Notes: generated from the letters alone by a model not told the origin. Positions 25,241-38,510 are shown, counted from the stretch's first letter. The stretch: 64,000 nt of DNA from the human T2T-CHM13v2.0 reference genome, Homo sapiens (GCF_009914755.1 NC_060931.1); one strand, 5' to 3'. Numbers and translations are program-made.

Positions 25241-26879
25241 CAGTTAATAGTAATGCTTGAAGAAAAATGAAGCCAGGTACAAGGGTCAGAGAACGATGTT
25301 GGGAGGTGAGTGGTGGACAGTGTGGATAGGAAAGCCCTTTTAGCTAAGAAGGCATTTGAGGAGAGATCTAGAGAAATGAGGGATTGAACTATGGATATTT
25401 GGTGAAGAATACTTCAGGTAGAGAAAGGAAAGTTCAAAGGCCTGAGGCAGAAACCTAGGAGTACTGGAGCAGTGGAAGATGAGGTGAGAAAAGTAAAGGA
25501 GGCTATGCTAGGAGGATCTTCTAAGTCATAGGAAAGGTTTTGGAGATTACCAGGAATGAGATAGAAAACCCAGTTGAGGTTTTTTGTTTGTTTTCAGAAG
25601 AGTGATATGATTTACTCAATTTTAAAGGATCATGTAGGCTGCTGTGTACTCCTTTATTGATTATGTCTTCTCAAGGGCAGGGGACATGTCTTATTTACCT
25701 TTTTGTCCCCAGTCGCTGGTGCAGGGAGTCTCCTATCCAGTAGCCATTAAATAAGTACATGTTGGGTAAATATTTGCCTGGGATACTGACTGTTACAAGA
25801 GTTGTAAAAAGAACTTAAAAATAGAAAATTTCCCTCAGTTATCACGACTCCAATGATACAATTTATTTTAGTAGAACACTGTGAGGCCTTCTGTATTTAT
25901 TCAGTAGAGAATTGTTTTCCTTTTCTTCAACATTAATCCCCAAACTAAGGCTTTTGCTACGATCATCAGGAAAGCTTTTCTTCATAACCATCTGTACAAT
26001 GATAATGCCATACAAGATTTGAAGAATGAACAAAGGGAAACACACTGGATTCTAATTTTGGCCCTGTGAGTCATTAGCTGTGTGAACTTTGAAAATAATC
26101 ATGTGCCCATTTCTTTGTGGAGCACCTATTGCGTTGAGCACCTGCTCACTGTCCCCGAAACAGACTTTCACTGTCTAACCAAGAAAGACAGAAATGTAAG
26201 CAAAGATGAAGAACACAGGGCTGTGAGTTGGCTCCTGTTGAAGCATACATGGAGGGCCTTGAGAGCAACCATCCTATTTTGAGTACACTAGGAAGCTAAC
26301 AGTGAAGAGTAATCGAGGCAGAGACCAAGTGCAAAGCCCTGATCATGTAGAAGAGTGCGTGTGTGTTCAGGGAATGCTAAGGCATTTGGGAGGGGTCTAT
26401 GGTAGGGTAATCTTAGAGGACTTGTCATTTTTATCTGGTGCATCTCTTCATTGGGGATGCCATCCTTCACCCATTCCATGTGATCTTCATGGTTGTTTAC
26501 TGTGTCTTTCTTGCCAGCCATAGGGTTGGATAGGTCATCTAGGATGCCCATTCACAGTGACTTGTCATAAGACAAAGCTTCAGAATAACCTTCAGTTTTC
26601 TAATTAAAAAAACTTGAAACTTTGGTTGGTGTCTGGCAAAAAGAGTTTATTGTCAGGACACACCTGTCCTGAATTCAGAACTGGGACATTGTTCCTACTG
26701 AAGGTAGTCTAGAGCCTGTATTTATTCTTTCTCGGATTTGGGGTTATTTCTGCAATTGTGTTCCTGTCTCCTTTCTCCTTTACGTGTGCATAATTTTTAT
26801 TTCCCCGTGGTCTCTCAGGGTGCCCCAATCTCCACTACATCTGAAAATTTTAATATATTTATTTGACTTCCTCTCTGTT

Positions 26880-27760
26880 CTTCATTTAAAGAAAAAATTA
26901 TTTAATATCTATTATGTGCCAGGAACTACTCTATGTGCTAGGGCTATAGTAATAAACAATTTAGACAAGGTCCTTGTCCTCATGAAACTTACATTTGATG
27001 GAGAGAAATGGCCAATGAACAAGCAGAGGCATAAATAAGACAGACTCTGGTACATTCTATGATGAGAATGAATGGGAGCCGGGTAGAGAGTAACAGGGTA
27101 GAGAATTCCTTTGGCGGTGTTGGGGGAACAAGATCACTGAAGGCTTCTATGTGGAGGTGATATTTAAGCTAGTCCCCACCAAAATGATTTCAAGATAGGC
27201 ATTACAAGATCCCTGGGGTAGGGAGAGCTTAATGGGTCCAGGAGCTAACAAAGGCCAGTGTAGCCGAAGGGATTGGTATGAGGTAGCTTAGAGAGGAATA
27301 TAAATTCCACACCATGCAGAGCTTTGTAAGACAGGGCAATGAGTTCTTTCATTATGAAAAAACTCTGAAACACTTTAAGTATGTAAGTGGCATGGTTTGA
27401 TTTACGTTCTATAAAGCTCACAATGGCTATTGTGTAGAAAATGGATTACCAAAGGGGCAAGAATGGAAGCAGGGAGACTAGTTTTGAGGCTATTGCAAAA
27501 TTAGACAAGAGATAATTATAGCCTGTTCCAGAGGTGGTCAGTGGGAAAGAGCAGAAGCAGATAGACTAAAGCTATAAAAAGCATTTGCAGAGCTTGCTGA
27601 GAGGTAGCAGGGAGAGAAAAGGAAGGAACGAGGATGATTCTTAGGTCTTTTGCTGAGCAAATGAGTGGCTGGAAATGCCTTTTACTAAGATGGAGAAGAC
27701 TAAGAACAAAACAGTTTAGGAAAATTTCTCAATAGGTCTATTTGAGAAATGTGAACTGTC
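26880..27760 (-). mobile_element. L2 LINE relic
   Basis: tatgtgccaggaactactctatgtgctagggctatagtaataaac...ggaagcagggagactagttttgaggctattgca. Confidence 0.8.
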
Positions 27761-28485
27761 TGATCTGTACAAGGAGGTCTGTATTGGACACGTTATGCTC
27801 TCTCTCTCAGAGATACATCCAATTGGCCCATTTCATCTTTTAGAGTCTGGTCACACCAGCACATTGTCTAGCTTATGTTATGATTTCTCTTGTATTAAGT
27901 GATTCCACCTTTCCAGTCAGCTGGGGCTGTGGGGGCAATGGAGGTTCATGCAACCCAATTCAGCACCCTGGCAGGGCAGGCCCGGTAAACACACTCATAC
28001 TTAGGGATATAATGTCTGCCTATCTTACTTCACAGGGTTATGATGGGGGTTAAATGGGAATTCTGTAGGTGATAGCACTTTGTAAACTAAAATGATCACA
28101 AATGTAATGGGTTTAAAGGACCCTAAAGGCTGTTTAATTTACCAAACCTGCATATTTATGCCAATTTTACTAAATCACTGGAAAAATTATAATAAACTTT
28201 TATTTAATCTTACTGGTTGTTGCCAGATGCTAACAAAAATGTAGCAAAAACTCACATACTTTTGTGCTCAGTGGAAGGTAATTTAGCCCAAAGGCTAAAT
28301 TGGGTCCATAAAACTTGAATAACAACTTAATTCCTTTGTATTAATTGAGGGGTAAATAATCCCTAATACTGTAACTAGCAATTGCATGTAGCCTGGTGCT
28401 CTGTTGGTACAAGGCCCATTTGTTGTTGATATTCTTACCTCCTGGCAAAAGTGAGAGGAATTGCTTAAAATAAGAATAGGGAGTT

Positions 28486-28786
28486 GGCCAGGTGTGGTGG
28501 CTCATATCTGTAGTCCCTAGGCTTTGGGAGGCCCAAATGGGGAGATCTCCTGAGCCCAGGAGTTCCAGACCAGCCTGGGCAACATGGTAAAACCCCATCT
28601 CTACAAAAAAATACAATAATTAGTCAGGTGTTGTGGCATGTTCCTGTAGTCCCAGTTACTCAGGAGGCTGATGTGGGAGGATCACTTGAGCCTGGAAGGC
28701 AGTGGTTGCAAGGAGCCGAGATTGTGCCGCTATACACCAGCCTGGACAACAGAGTGAGACTATGTCAAAAAAAAAAAAAAAAAAAA
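28486..28786 (+). mobile_element. Alu (AluJ class)
   Basis: ggccaggtgtggtggctc...gagcccaggagttccagaccagcctgggcaac...ggaggatcacttgagcc, poly-A tail. Confidence 0.95.
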
Positions 28787-28913
28787 GGCTGTGTGTGGGG
28801 GCTTGTTTCAACACTTGCTCCTCTCTTTCAGTTGTTCACTATCCCCAGAACTCAGGCTTCCCTGCTACTAATCTGTGGCCCAAACTTTCTCAGGTCTAAT
28901 CCTATCCTCTACT

Positions 28914-29710
28914 CAGGGCTGGCTTCAAGGGCATGTGATCTTTCTTCATGGGCATGTGGCCTATGTCGTTTAGGGCATGTGATCTTCATAAGCATGTGAC
29001 CTGTGCCATTGCACATGGTCCCATGCTCAAAAGTGTCCCACACTCATGCTCTGCTGCCTCTGTTTGGAAATTTTTAAGAATTTTTATCTTTGAACTTGTG
29101 TTTCATAAAGTATGATGGGACAATAAAGCTTGCATCTGAGCATAGGAGATCCATGCAGTATAGCTTCTCCATTCTGCCTAGCTGTCCCATCTGCAGATAG
29201 CATTCCCACTGCCCCAGGCACACAGAATTCTGGTGGACCCATGAAACAAGCGAATTCAGCAAGACTCAAAGCAAGTATAAGGTGAGGGTGCTACATCCAG
29301 GACTCGTGTGTGTGTGTGTGTATGTGTGTATGTGTGTGTCTGTGTGTGTGTGTGTGTAGGGTATGCAAATGGTCTCAAAAGACCACATTTTCTGTTCAAA
29401 CCAGAATTTGTTTCAAACACAGGAAGAATGCAATGTTCTAAGAAACATATAACCAGGGAACCTTGTCACATCTTTTGTTTTATTAATTCCCTGTATTAGT
29501 AAATCAGTTGTGCTAAAAATAGCATAGAAGGAAAGGGAAACATGGGGCAACTCACAGTACCTTTTCCTTTCATTCTTTCTTTACTCATCCGCAAGTTGAG
29601 GGTAGGGCATGTTGGTAAAATATGTGCATATTGAGAAGTAAAATTAAAAACTGACTTTTGTGCATCATTTCCACTCTCCTGGTAATAACAAAATACATAT
29701 GCATGTTTAG
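28914..29710 (+). mobile_element. hAT-Tip100 (Zaphod/MER91-type) DNA transposon 5' fragment, with (TG)n at 29306-29358
   Basis: Terminus cagggctggcttca..gggcatgtga..cctgtgc..gcacatggtcccatgctc..atgctctgctgc..ttggaaatttttaagaattttt matches the recalled MER91A/Zaphod 5' end; right boundary uncertain. Confidence 0.7.
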
Positions 29711-29767
29711 CTAATTTAACAGCTAAAAGTGTCATATTTTAGCATGATCCTTTTTCATCTGAGTGTT

Positions 29768-30092
29768 ATAGTAGGCCCCCGTGTCCCAGGTTCTGTATCA
29801 TGGACTTAACTAAGGATTGAAACTATTTGGAAAAGAAATTGTACCTGTACTGATGTATATAGATTTTCTCCATATCATTAATCCCTAAACAATACAGTAT
29901 AACAACTTTTTACATAGTATTTACATTGTATTTGGTATTCTAGGTAGTCTAGAGATAATTTAAAGTATTTGGGAGCACGTGCTTAGTTATATGCAAATAC
30001 TACACCATTATACATAAGGAATTGGGCATCTTTGGATTTTGACATCCTCAGAATGTCTTGGAACCAATTCCCCACAGATACTTAGGGCCACT
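29768..30092 (-). mobile_element. MER2 (TcMar-Tigger) DNA transposon
   Basis: ccctaaacaatacagtataacaact...gttatatgcaaatactacaccatt...ggaaccaattccccacagatac is the reverse complement of the recalled MER2 consensus. Confidence 0.85.
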
Positions 30093-30598
30093 TTCCTTTG
30101 AAAGGTCTTAAAATTAGTGCATTTGTTTAAGAATTAAAATAATCCCTCAAGAATTCTATAGAAACTATTATTAATTTGCCTTATGGATTGGTTATTGACA
30201 ATGCAAAAGTTAATCGCTTTAATTTTAAAATTAATAAGGTTTAATTCAGATTTTATTGGACTCTTAATTTCTTAATGAATCACTGAAAATGTAACTATAT
30301 AGAAAGCTTTTGTCTGTAACATCTGTGAGGAGGCATAGTTCTTGCCTATTACAGTGGAGGAAATTCTACTTGGAGAACATGCCTGTATTCTTGCCCCATC
30401 CTAGCTGCTTCCTTGGAGGAGGAGAGACTTAATTTGGTTACTGAGTTTGGAAAAAGAAGCTAGGCCTGCAAAGCCAACTCCTTTTTCTTCAGCAGGCAGC
30501 CACCAGCAGGAGCATATCTTCTTCTTAGCTCCTTGGTTCAGACAGTTTTCCCACAAGACGTGGTCTAGCAGTTCAGGCATTGAGTGGGTAAATTCTAA

Positions 30599-30831
<233 letters not shown>

Positions 30832-31979
30832 GGGTAGTGGTACATTTTGATTTCTTAAAAATATGGAGGTAATTTCCCTGAGAGTATAGTAAAATCTGAG
30901 TTGAACTCTACCAATTTAAAGTACAGGCGATATGGGTGCCCATTCACCTTAACTTTTTGTCTTGCTTTTCATTTGGTTCTGAACTCAGGGGGAAGAAGGC
31001 AGGGATGCTCTTTATTAGGTCCTTTCAGTACCAACAAGGTCAACACCATTACTTCTACTATTGGTGACAACTTCAGCAAAACTCCATGATGAGATGGGAC
31101 TTGTTGCCTCCATTTTCATTTCTACTTTTATGTTCTTTTTATATCCTATGTAGTGGCTAACATGGCTTAAGCATAGAGGAGTTTTTTATAATATTCCCAA
31201 GGAGAAAAGTGAAGGTGAGGTAAATAAAACTCTGAAACATGCCATGTGGCAGACAGACCATGGCCTGGTGACTGGGCTTCCAAGATCCAGGGCTTGTACT
31301 TTTCTGTCCTAGACTTTTCTAAGAATGGGGAGACAGGGAACAGCAAATTGGTCCAGTGAAATATCTCAATCCGGTCAGATTCAGCTCTAGTCTAGACATG
31401 GAGGGGATGCTCTACACAGAATTTCCACTGAAAGTGGGAGGTCCAAGATTAGAACAATCAATCAGAGGACCTTGGTTTAAATTATTACTCTTTGGCAGGC
31501 TTGTCAGGTTGTCCTAAGAGCTTTCTCTAAGATCTTTTATGGTTAATAACTGCCATCCCAGTCTCGCTCCCCCCATCCCCCACCAAATGGCTACAGATGA
31601 ATTACCTAATTCCATTGCTTTAAAAAGAGTTTCTGTCAGAAGAGATGGAAACAAGAGGACATATTTCAAAATCATCCTCTCTTGTCCCATTAAATCAAAA
31701 TTTTAGACAAAACTGCCTTGACTCCTAACAGTCTTGTAACAGAAAAATATTCACAACCAACTGTTCTTCGGCAGAGAAAGCTCTGTGGACTAATGAGCTC
31801 CAGATAGCTTTAGGGGTGGTCAGCAGACCTCAATGGATTCTGTGAAGTCCCACCTTGGGTTTCCTCTTTTAATGATGTCCAAAATAGACCCTTTCAGCTA
31901 TTTATAAACTTTCTAAAATTAGCAAGAGAAAAACAGAGTTGCAAGCTGAAGCCATGGGATACTTCATTACCTCAGTTAT

Positions 31980-32290
31980 TAGCCTGACAAAATAAGTGAC
32001 TTTCCATTAAACAGCAGTGACAGAAAAGGAGGAGGGTTTAGAGGTCAATAGCTCCTGTGATACGAATCCCTAAATGTAGCCTTTCTCTAGGGACTGTCGG
32101 AATTAACTGCTGACAAGCTAATTGCTCTTATTCCCTAATTAACCAAGCCTGGCTTCATTAGTAGTTTGTGGCAATTGGACAACATTTTCAAGGATCTAAA
32201 GATCTACCCAATAATAATTAGTAAACAACTGAAATGAAACCAGCCTCCACTTGTTGACAAGATTAATTGAATAATTATTGTTTCATTGAG
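31980..32290. promoter_or_regulatory. Candidate developmental enhancer (TALE, homeodomain and FOX motif cluster)
   Basis: TGACA at 31985, 32018, 32111 and 32255; TAATTA/TAATTG at 32119, 32136, 32215 and 32272; GTAAACA at 32221; no recognisable repeat. Confidence 0.4.
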
Positions 32291-32393
32291 AATAAAAAGA
32301 GCAAAGAAATGTAGCTCGGGAATCTGCAGCAGTCTTTCCTTGGGCAAAATTTCCTCAGAAACACACAAAAGCTTTCTGTTAAGAAGAGCTGCT

Positions 32394-32697
32394 GGCTAGG
32401 TGCTGCGGCTCACGCCTGTAATCCCGGCACTTTGGGAGGCTGAGGCGGGTGGATCACCTGAGGTCAGGAGTTCGAGACCAGCCTGGCCAACATGGCGAAA
32501 CCCCATCTCTACTAAAAGTACAAAAATTAGCTGGGCGTGGTGGCAGGCACCTGTAATCCCAGGTACTCAAGAGGCTGAGGCAGAAGAATCGCTTGAACTC
32601 GGGAGGTGGAGGTTGCAGTGAGCCAAGATGGCACCACTGCACTTCAGGCTGGGAGAAAAGAGTGAGACTCCGTCTCAAAAACAAAACAAAACAAAAC
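32394..32697 (+). mobile_element. Alu (AluSx-like)
   Basis: Full Alu with (CAAAA)n tail; TSD agaagagctgct at 32382-32393 and 32698-32709. Confidence 0.97.
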
Positions 32698-33574
32698 AGA
32701 AGAGCTGCTGAATCTGATCTATCCAAAAAATCCCAACATGGAATTTAATATTGAATTCGTTATGATTTATTGGGTCTTAACTATTTTCAATAAAGTGTAC
32801 TTTTTCATATATACACTTAACATCTTTATATATCATTTAAAACACTAATCACATTGATAGATTTTGAACAGGCATCTAACAAATGCTTTACACATATATA
32901 ACTTTGCAAAAACTAATTGATTCAGCAAAGCAAATTGTACTCTGAAACGACTTGGCAAATATCTCAGAACAAAGTGTTTGGTTTAGTTTGGCTTAATAGC
33001 TGTGATTTTTTGAAATTGTTTGACTGGTTTTTCAGTACTGAATGCAAAAGACAAAAATGTACATCAAATTTCCATGGAAATTCGTTTTTGTGTGTAATAA
33101 TTAAGCACTATTGAGGATTTTGAAGTTTGAAAATTGGTCACTGTGGATGGGTCATGATTTCGTTGTACTTGAGCCTGTTTTTTTCTTGTCAAAAATGATT
33201 TCAACCACACAGATCAAACTTGTCAGTAATAAAGGATCCTGGCTGTCTCAGACACAATAGTTTCCTCTGGAGACTTGATAGACTGTTGGTAAAAACCCAT
33301 TTTAAAAGGTCTGGATATTTGCCGACCCCTCTATCAGCGGGAAATAAGATCTCTTGGATGACCACAGGGGTGTCTAGTCGTCTTATTAGAGGAGGAAGAG
33401 GGGAATCTATCATTTTCTTCCAGAATTGACTGATATTACTGGGCAAGCTTGAAAGCTGAGGGGAAACTCTGAACATGGAATCTAGAATGGGGGCGCTCAG
33501 CCACCTCCATGTGACAACATTATAAACCTTAGGGGAATGTACTCCAACAAATTACACTAAGGTGAGGAAATGGT

Positions 33575-33795
33575 GATGGTGGTAATAACAGTGGCAGCAA
33601 TTGCTAGTGCTAAGTACTATACATGCATTTAATCCATACAAGGAACTTCCCTTCCTGCAAGGGAAGTTTCCTTTTTTCCCCAGTTTATAAATGAGGAAAC
33701 TGAGGCTCAGAAAAGCCAGGTCTCTTTTAAAGGTTCATATAGCTGATCAGTGGAGGAGGAGGACTCAAACCTAGATCTCTCTAGCATCCAACCAG
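33575..33795 (-). mobile_element. MIR SINE relic
   Basis: cagtttataaatgaggaaactgaggctcagaaaag...ggactcaaacctag. Confidence 0.8.
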
Positions 33796-34308
33796 GATGG
33801 CAGCCAAGAACTTATCTACTAGAATCATGGTTATACAGATGGTTATATAGAATCTAGATGATCTAGAATCAAACAATACAATTTGGAAACAAGAAAAAAA
33901 ATTAGTGTATCGGAGTTAGTGAATTGAAAAATCACATTTCACTGAGAAACTGCGTTGGACATAGCCCTGGAGTTGAATTTGTGCTCACCATAAACTGAAA
34001 AAGTGCTGGAGATGTCTTCGCTGTGGGTAAATTAATGTCAGTTCTCAGATGGAAGAGCCTGCATGGGCCTCACAATGGGAACAGCAATAGAAGGAGTAAG
34101 GTCTGGCAGCCTCAGAGTAGTAGAAGCAGAATTACATTAGACCGGGTCCTGGCTGTTAGGACAAAGCTCCAAAGGGCTGAGGGATGAAAGCATGGTAGTT
34201 GGCAGAAAAGTCCACATGTTGGAGAGAAGGGATAGGCTGGGAATCAGGAAACCTGGGTTTATCCTGGCTCTGCCCTTTGACTAACCCTGGACAAATCACT
34301 CCAGATCA

Positions 34309-34503
34309 CATGATTCTCAGCCCAGGTGGAACCAGAACCACTCTCTCTCAGTATCTGAATTCGGTCAGCACCTGTACGGGAGGGCACTGCAGTTACTTAG
34401 CTGGGGGCCAGGGGTGCTAAGTGACTACTATGCATCGGCCAATCCTGTGTGGTAAAGACTGCTTCTGCCCACAAATGCCAGGGATGTCCCCATTGAAAAA
34501 CAG
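34309..34503. mobile_element. MER20-like hAT-Charlie MITE relic
   Basis: ggccaggggtgctaa...ctgcccacaaatgcca...cccattgaaaaacag resembles the MER20-type end. Confidence 0.45.
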
Positions 34504-35833
34504 TCCACCCTCCAGATGCCTCATCCATGCATGGAGGGAATAGAATTTCTATCTTAAAGTCCTTACTGGGAAGGGCAGGTCAGTGCCCAGGTGGGCTGCT
34601 AGCCCCCATTACCTCCATGACCAGAGCACATCCAAATGACTCTTTTATCTCTTAGGCTTCTGGGTGAGCCTTAACTTGAAGGAAGAATTCTTTGATTATG
34701 AAGAAAACTCAATTTTGACAATCAGTGGATTAGAAGACCTTTAAGCTCCTTTCTATTCTGGGTGTTTTTGAGTAGAGGGAAATTGAGACTGAAAGTGAGA
34801 AAGGAGAGTTCTAATGGGAAAAGGAGTCAAGCTTGATAAGATCTGAGAGAACAAATGACCAGGCCCAGCTGCGTACTGAGTCTTTGATTGGCTGGCGACC
34901 CCAATGGGTCACAGCTGTAGAGAGGTCTGCTGTCACTCATTCAAATGCAGATGCAATCTGACTGGATTAGTGGCCAGGGTTGGAAGATTCTCCCTTAGGC
35001 CTCCTCATTATAATTAGCAGACGATGTTCATAGCAGGATTGGTTTTTCTAATGGCTGTTCATGTAGGTTTTTCAGTGTGGGGTTGGTATTTTCAAAAAGG
35101 CCTTGAAATGCAAATCTTCTGCCAGTTAAGGAGTCTGTGTGGCCCAACTCTAAATCCTGGTGTAGGAGGAATTATTGTTATAGATGTGTCTCTCTTTACA
35201 AAAACTTTCATACAAATCAAAATTTAACAGTTAAAATTCATGTTCAAATGCAACAGGGGAGCTTGCACTCATTCTCCCCTGGAAAGCAGAAAATCTTTCT
35301 TTTATGCATGTAATTACCTGCTAACTGCTTTATCTGTTTATGTTTTATTTCCTTAAAGTGGTGGATGGCCATATTGCCTAGGGAAGCTCACACATTGTTG
35401 GGTTACCCTTTGGATAATTCATTCCAAACAGACTACCTGAAAGGAGTTATTTCTTTTATTTTACCTTAGAAATACTTCAGAAAAGAGAACAAAATAAGCA
35501 AAAGTGGCCTTAAAAATGGATTAAATACAAGGAATAAGAAAAAAAATTGTGTTCATTTACTGGACAATATTTTGGTAATGTTTTTATTGTAAATATCAGT
35601 AACAGGATATAAGTGATCAAAATGTCCTATAAAATTGATCACATATTCTGTTTCTTGGAGCTATCCACTAGGATTAAGGAAGGCTAATTCCATGTAGGGG
35701 CTGGTGTGTTAAACTAATAGTCATTGTTGGCAGCTGAAACTTTAAATGGCCCTACTGTATTGAATAATGTAAGTGAAGGAAACATCAACAGATGTTACCC
35801 ATCTATTGCCAGTACAGGCAAGCATTAAGGATT

Positions 35834-35866
35834 CAGAAGACTTTACAGAAGACTTTACAGAAGACT
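35834..35866. repeat. 12-bp tandem repeat cagaagacttta, 2.75 copies
   Basis: Direct reading of the sequence. Confidence 0.9.
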
Positions 35867-38510
35867 ATGAGTATGGTGCTTTGTAACGACCTGTAAGAGA
35901 TGTTGAAGTGTAATATGTTGGCCCTGTGTACAATCCTAATGGAGATACAGGATATAGCTACAAAGAAAAGGTAAGAACCAACATGAGACTGAATAGTATT
36001 CTTAAGCACATTTATTGAATACTTACTGTGGGCAGCTCAAGAGGCTCAGAAGTAGTACTAACAAGTAGTACTACCAATGTGGCTTAGAGGCATCCCTAGC
36101 AGAATTTAGTTGGGTCATGGTGCATTGTGAGAATGGAGCTACACCTCAGAGAGCAAGCTGAAAAGTGATAGAACATACAGTTACATGGGTGTTAGACTCT
36201 GCTCACCTGTTTCTACCTGAAAATTACCTTCTAATATTGAGGTTCTTCCTCAACCCCACATTTTTGATGCACAGACTAGAGGTACATAGGGCAGAGCGGC
36301 CAAGCTCCAAATGTCTAGAGTGACTACTGGTATCCTTCATGTCCCCTAGGCTGCCAAGCCTTTCAGAGGAAGGGGAGGTTGAGTGTGACACACAGCTCTT
36401 GTTGCAAGGCCAAGCCTGCTTAGTCTGCCCTATTGTCTTCAGCTCTGTACAAACTCAAGTTCCTTTGGCTTGTGGGCAGATTGTGTGACATGGCCAGCCA
36501 GCAGGGCTTTAGGGGCTGCTGGTTGTCCCTGGCTGCCCCTTCAACTACTCCAGTGTGTGATCCTTTCAGGTCCTAACATGGATGCTCTAAGGGGTTGAAT
36601 TGTTTACTAATTTTCTAATTCTATTTTTTTTTTTTTTTTAGTTTTCTAATTCTTTACACAGGGACCAGAAGCACACGTAGCCCTCTATTCTGGGAAGGCT
36701 TTGAAATAAAGTAGAATCATAATTCCATTTTCAGGGGTATAGAGAGAGCAGCACTATATAATGCCCTCCCCCAGTGTCTTCAGAAGGGCAATCTCCCTTT
36801 TCAGCTCAGTAAGCCCAAAGATTTATATTCTAACATTATAGCTTTTTCCATTTAACTTAAGACACTATTCTTTATAAAAATAAAAGTTTTGGTAATACAA
36901 GTCTTACAAAAAGAAATATCACGTGCAGACTTGGCTTTACTGTGAGGCCATATTTATCATTTAGACCTTACCAAGAACTACTTATTCTTTCCTATTAAAG
37001 CAGGTATCCTCTTGTCTCTCTGTCTCTGACACACACGCATGCACACACACTTTAATTTTGCTGATGAGTTACTCACTGCATAGTTACCAGCTCTTCTTGC
37101 CACCACCTTCACCTCCCGAATCCAAAGCCATTTCCTGTGCATTTTTTTTTCTTGTCTGTTAGGACATAAGGAATAGAGCCCAAAGGCACAGGATGGCTTT
37201 TGCCTGGGGTAGGGAAAAGGCTGAAGTTGCCCTGATATATTCTAGCTACAGAATATGCCTGCTTGGTTCCTAAGATGCTGAATGAGTTGAGAATCACGGA
37301 CAGAAATCTAAGGGCTGGGGGACTACAAATGAACGTTTTGATTTCTGTGGTGTGTTTCAAGATATTTGTGTGATATTGTTCAGAAAATTATATTTCTTTT
37401 GAAAATTGCATGGAAATATTTGTATAGTTTAACAATACAATTGATTGGTTTTAATGGAATACACACTGCCATTTCCCTGGGAGCCTGTTCTCTTGGCAGA
37501 AGTATGGTTGAAACGTGGGGCATATTTCCAGAAAGATTGCTAGACAGTACTAGAACTTGAAACAGAAGCTGGATATATCAAACCAATGTGTGTGTTAATG
37601 GTTAAGACCCAACATACACATAGGCCTTACTGACACAAGCATATACACATTTACATATTATGTTAATTTAGCCACAGCACCTTGCTTAAACCTTACTTTT
37701 TCATAAGTTTCTTGCTGCAGCTCCTAGGTGGGTTCCTGGGACCTGTGTGAGTGCCATTAGCTGCATTCCCATGGCTTCCACACAGCAGGACAATCTATTA
37801 TTTTATCAGCCCTATTCAACCTTACAAAAAGATCTGTTTCTACGTGGGCTGATACTGTAAGTGCTGATTTCAGACCAAGGCCTGCTGCTCTACTAGCTTT
37901 TTCTTTCTGTGCCTGAATGTGGAACCCCCAGAAACAAGGGGATGAATGGAAATGCAAACAGACTCCCAGCTCCAGCAGATGCAATGATTGCTTCACAAGT
38001 TTCATTTGTACAGAGGTCAAAAAGAAAGAGTAAAGGTGGGCCTTTAGTGAAGAAATATAAACATGTTATAGCAAATGCTTTTTGTATCATAGGAGTAACC
38101 TGGACTGACATAAACAGATATTGTTCTCACTGATCTTTAAAATAAAATTTTTAATGTTTAACTTTTAACTTTCTGAAAATTCGTGTTTATACACTGTAAG
38201 AGAGCTGCCTGAACTTGGTTGTGTCATGCTTTCCAATGAATTTCTAGCTTTTGAATATACTTTAATTTGAAAAATCTTTTCATGAATCCTTGACTTGTTT
38301 GCATGGTGATCAAATAACTGGAGCTCACTTGATAAATGTCAACCATGTACATTCATAATTGTTCGAATCTGTTTCCCTTCCCCCAGATCAAGCTTAATCT
38401 GTAGTTGCAGGTCTTCAGGGTGGGGATGGGGAAGTTTAGCTGCCTTTTCAGTTTTTCCCTCCTTGTAGCAGTCCAAAGTAAAAGGAGGCAAGGCTGGATC
38501 AAGAGGGCTA

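Larger units (their letters stand above)
23000..25650 (-). mobile_element. L2 relic split by the L1PB insertion (pieces ~23000-23080 and ~25240-25650)
   Basis: tcattcatt...ttcaacaaccacttgttga left of the L1; gaaggcatttgaggagagatct...caaaggcctgaggcag...tttaaaggatcat right of it. Confidence 0.65.

Noticed and set aside
30498-30515. CTCF-like string gccaccagcaggagc
   Set aside because: Several mismatches at core positions; not supportable without ChIP data.
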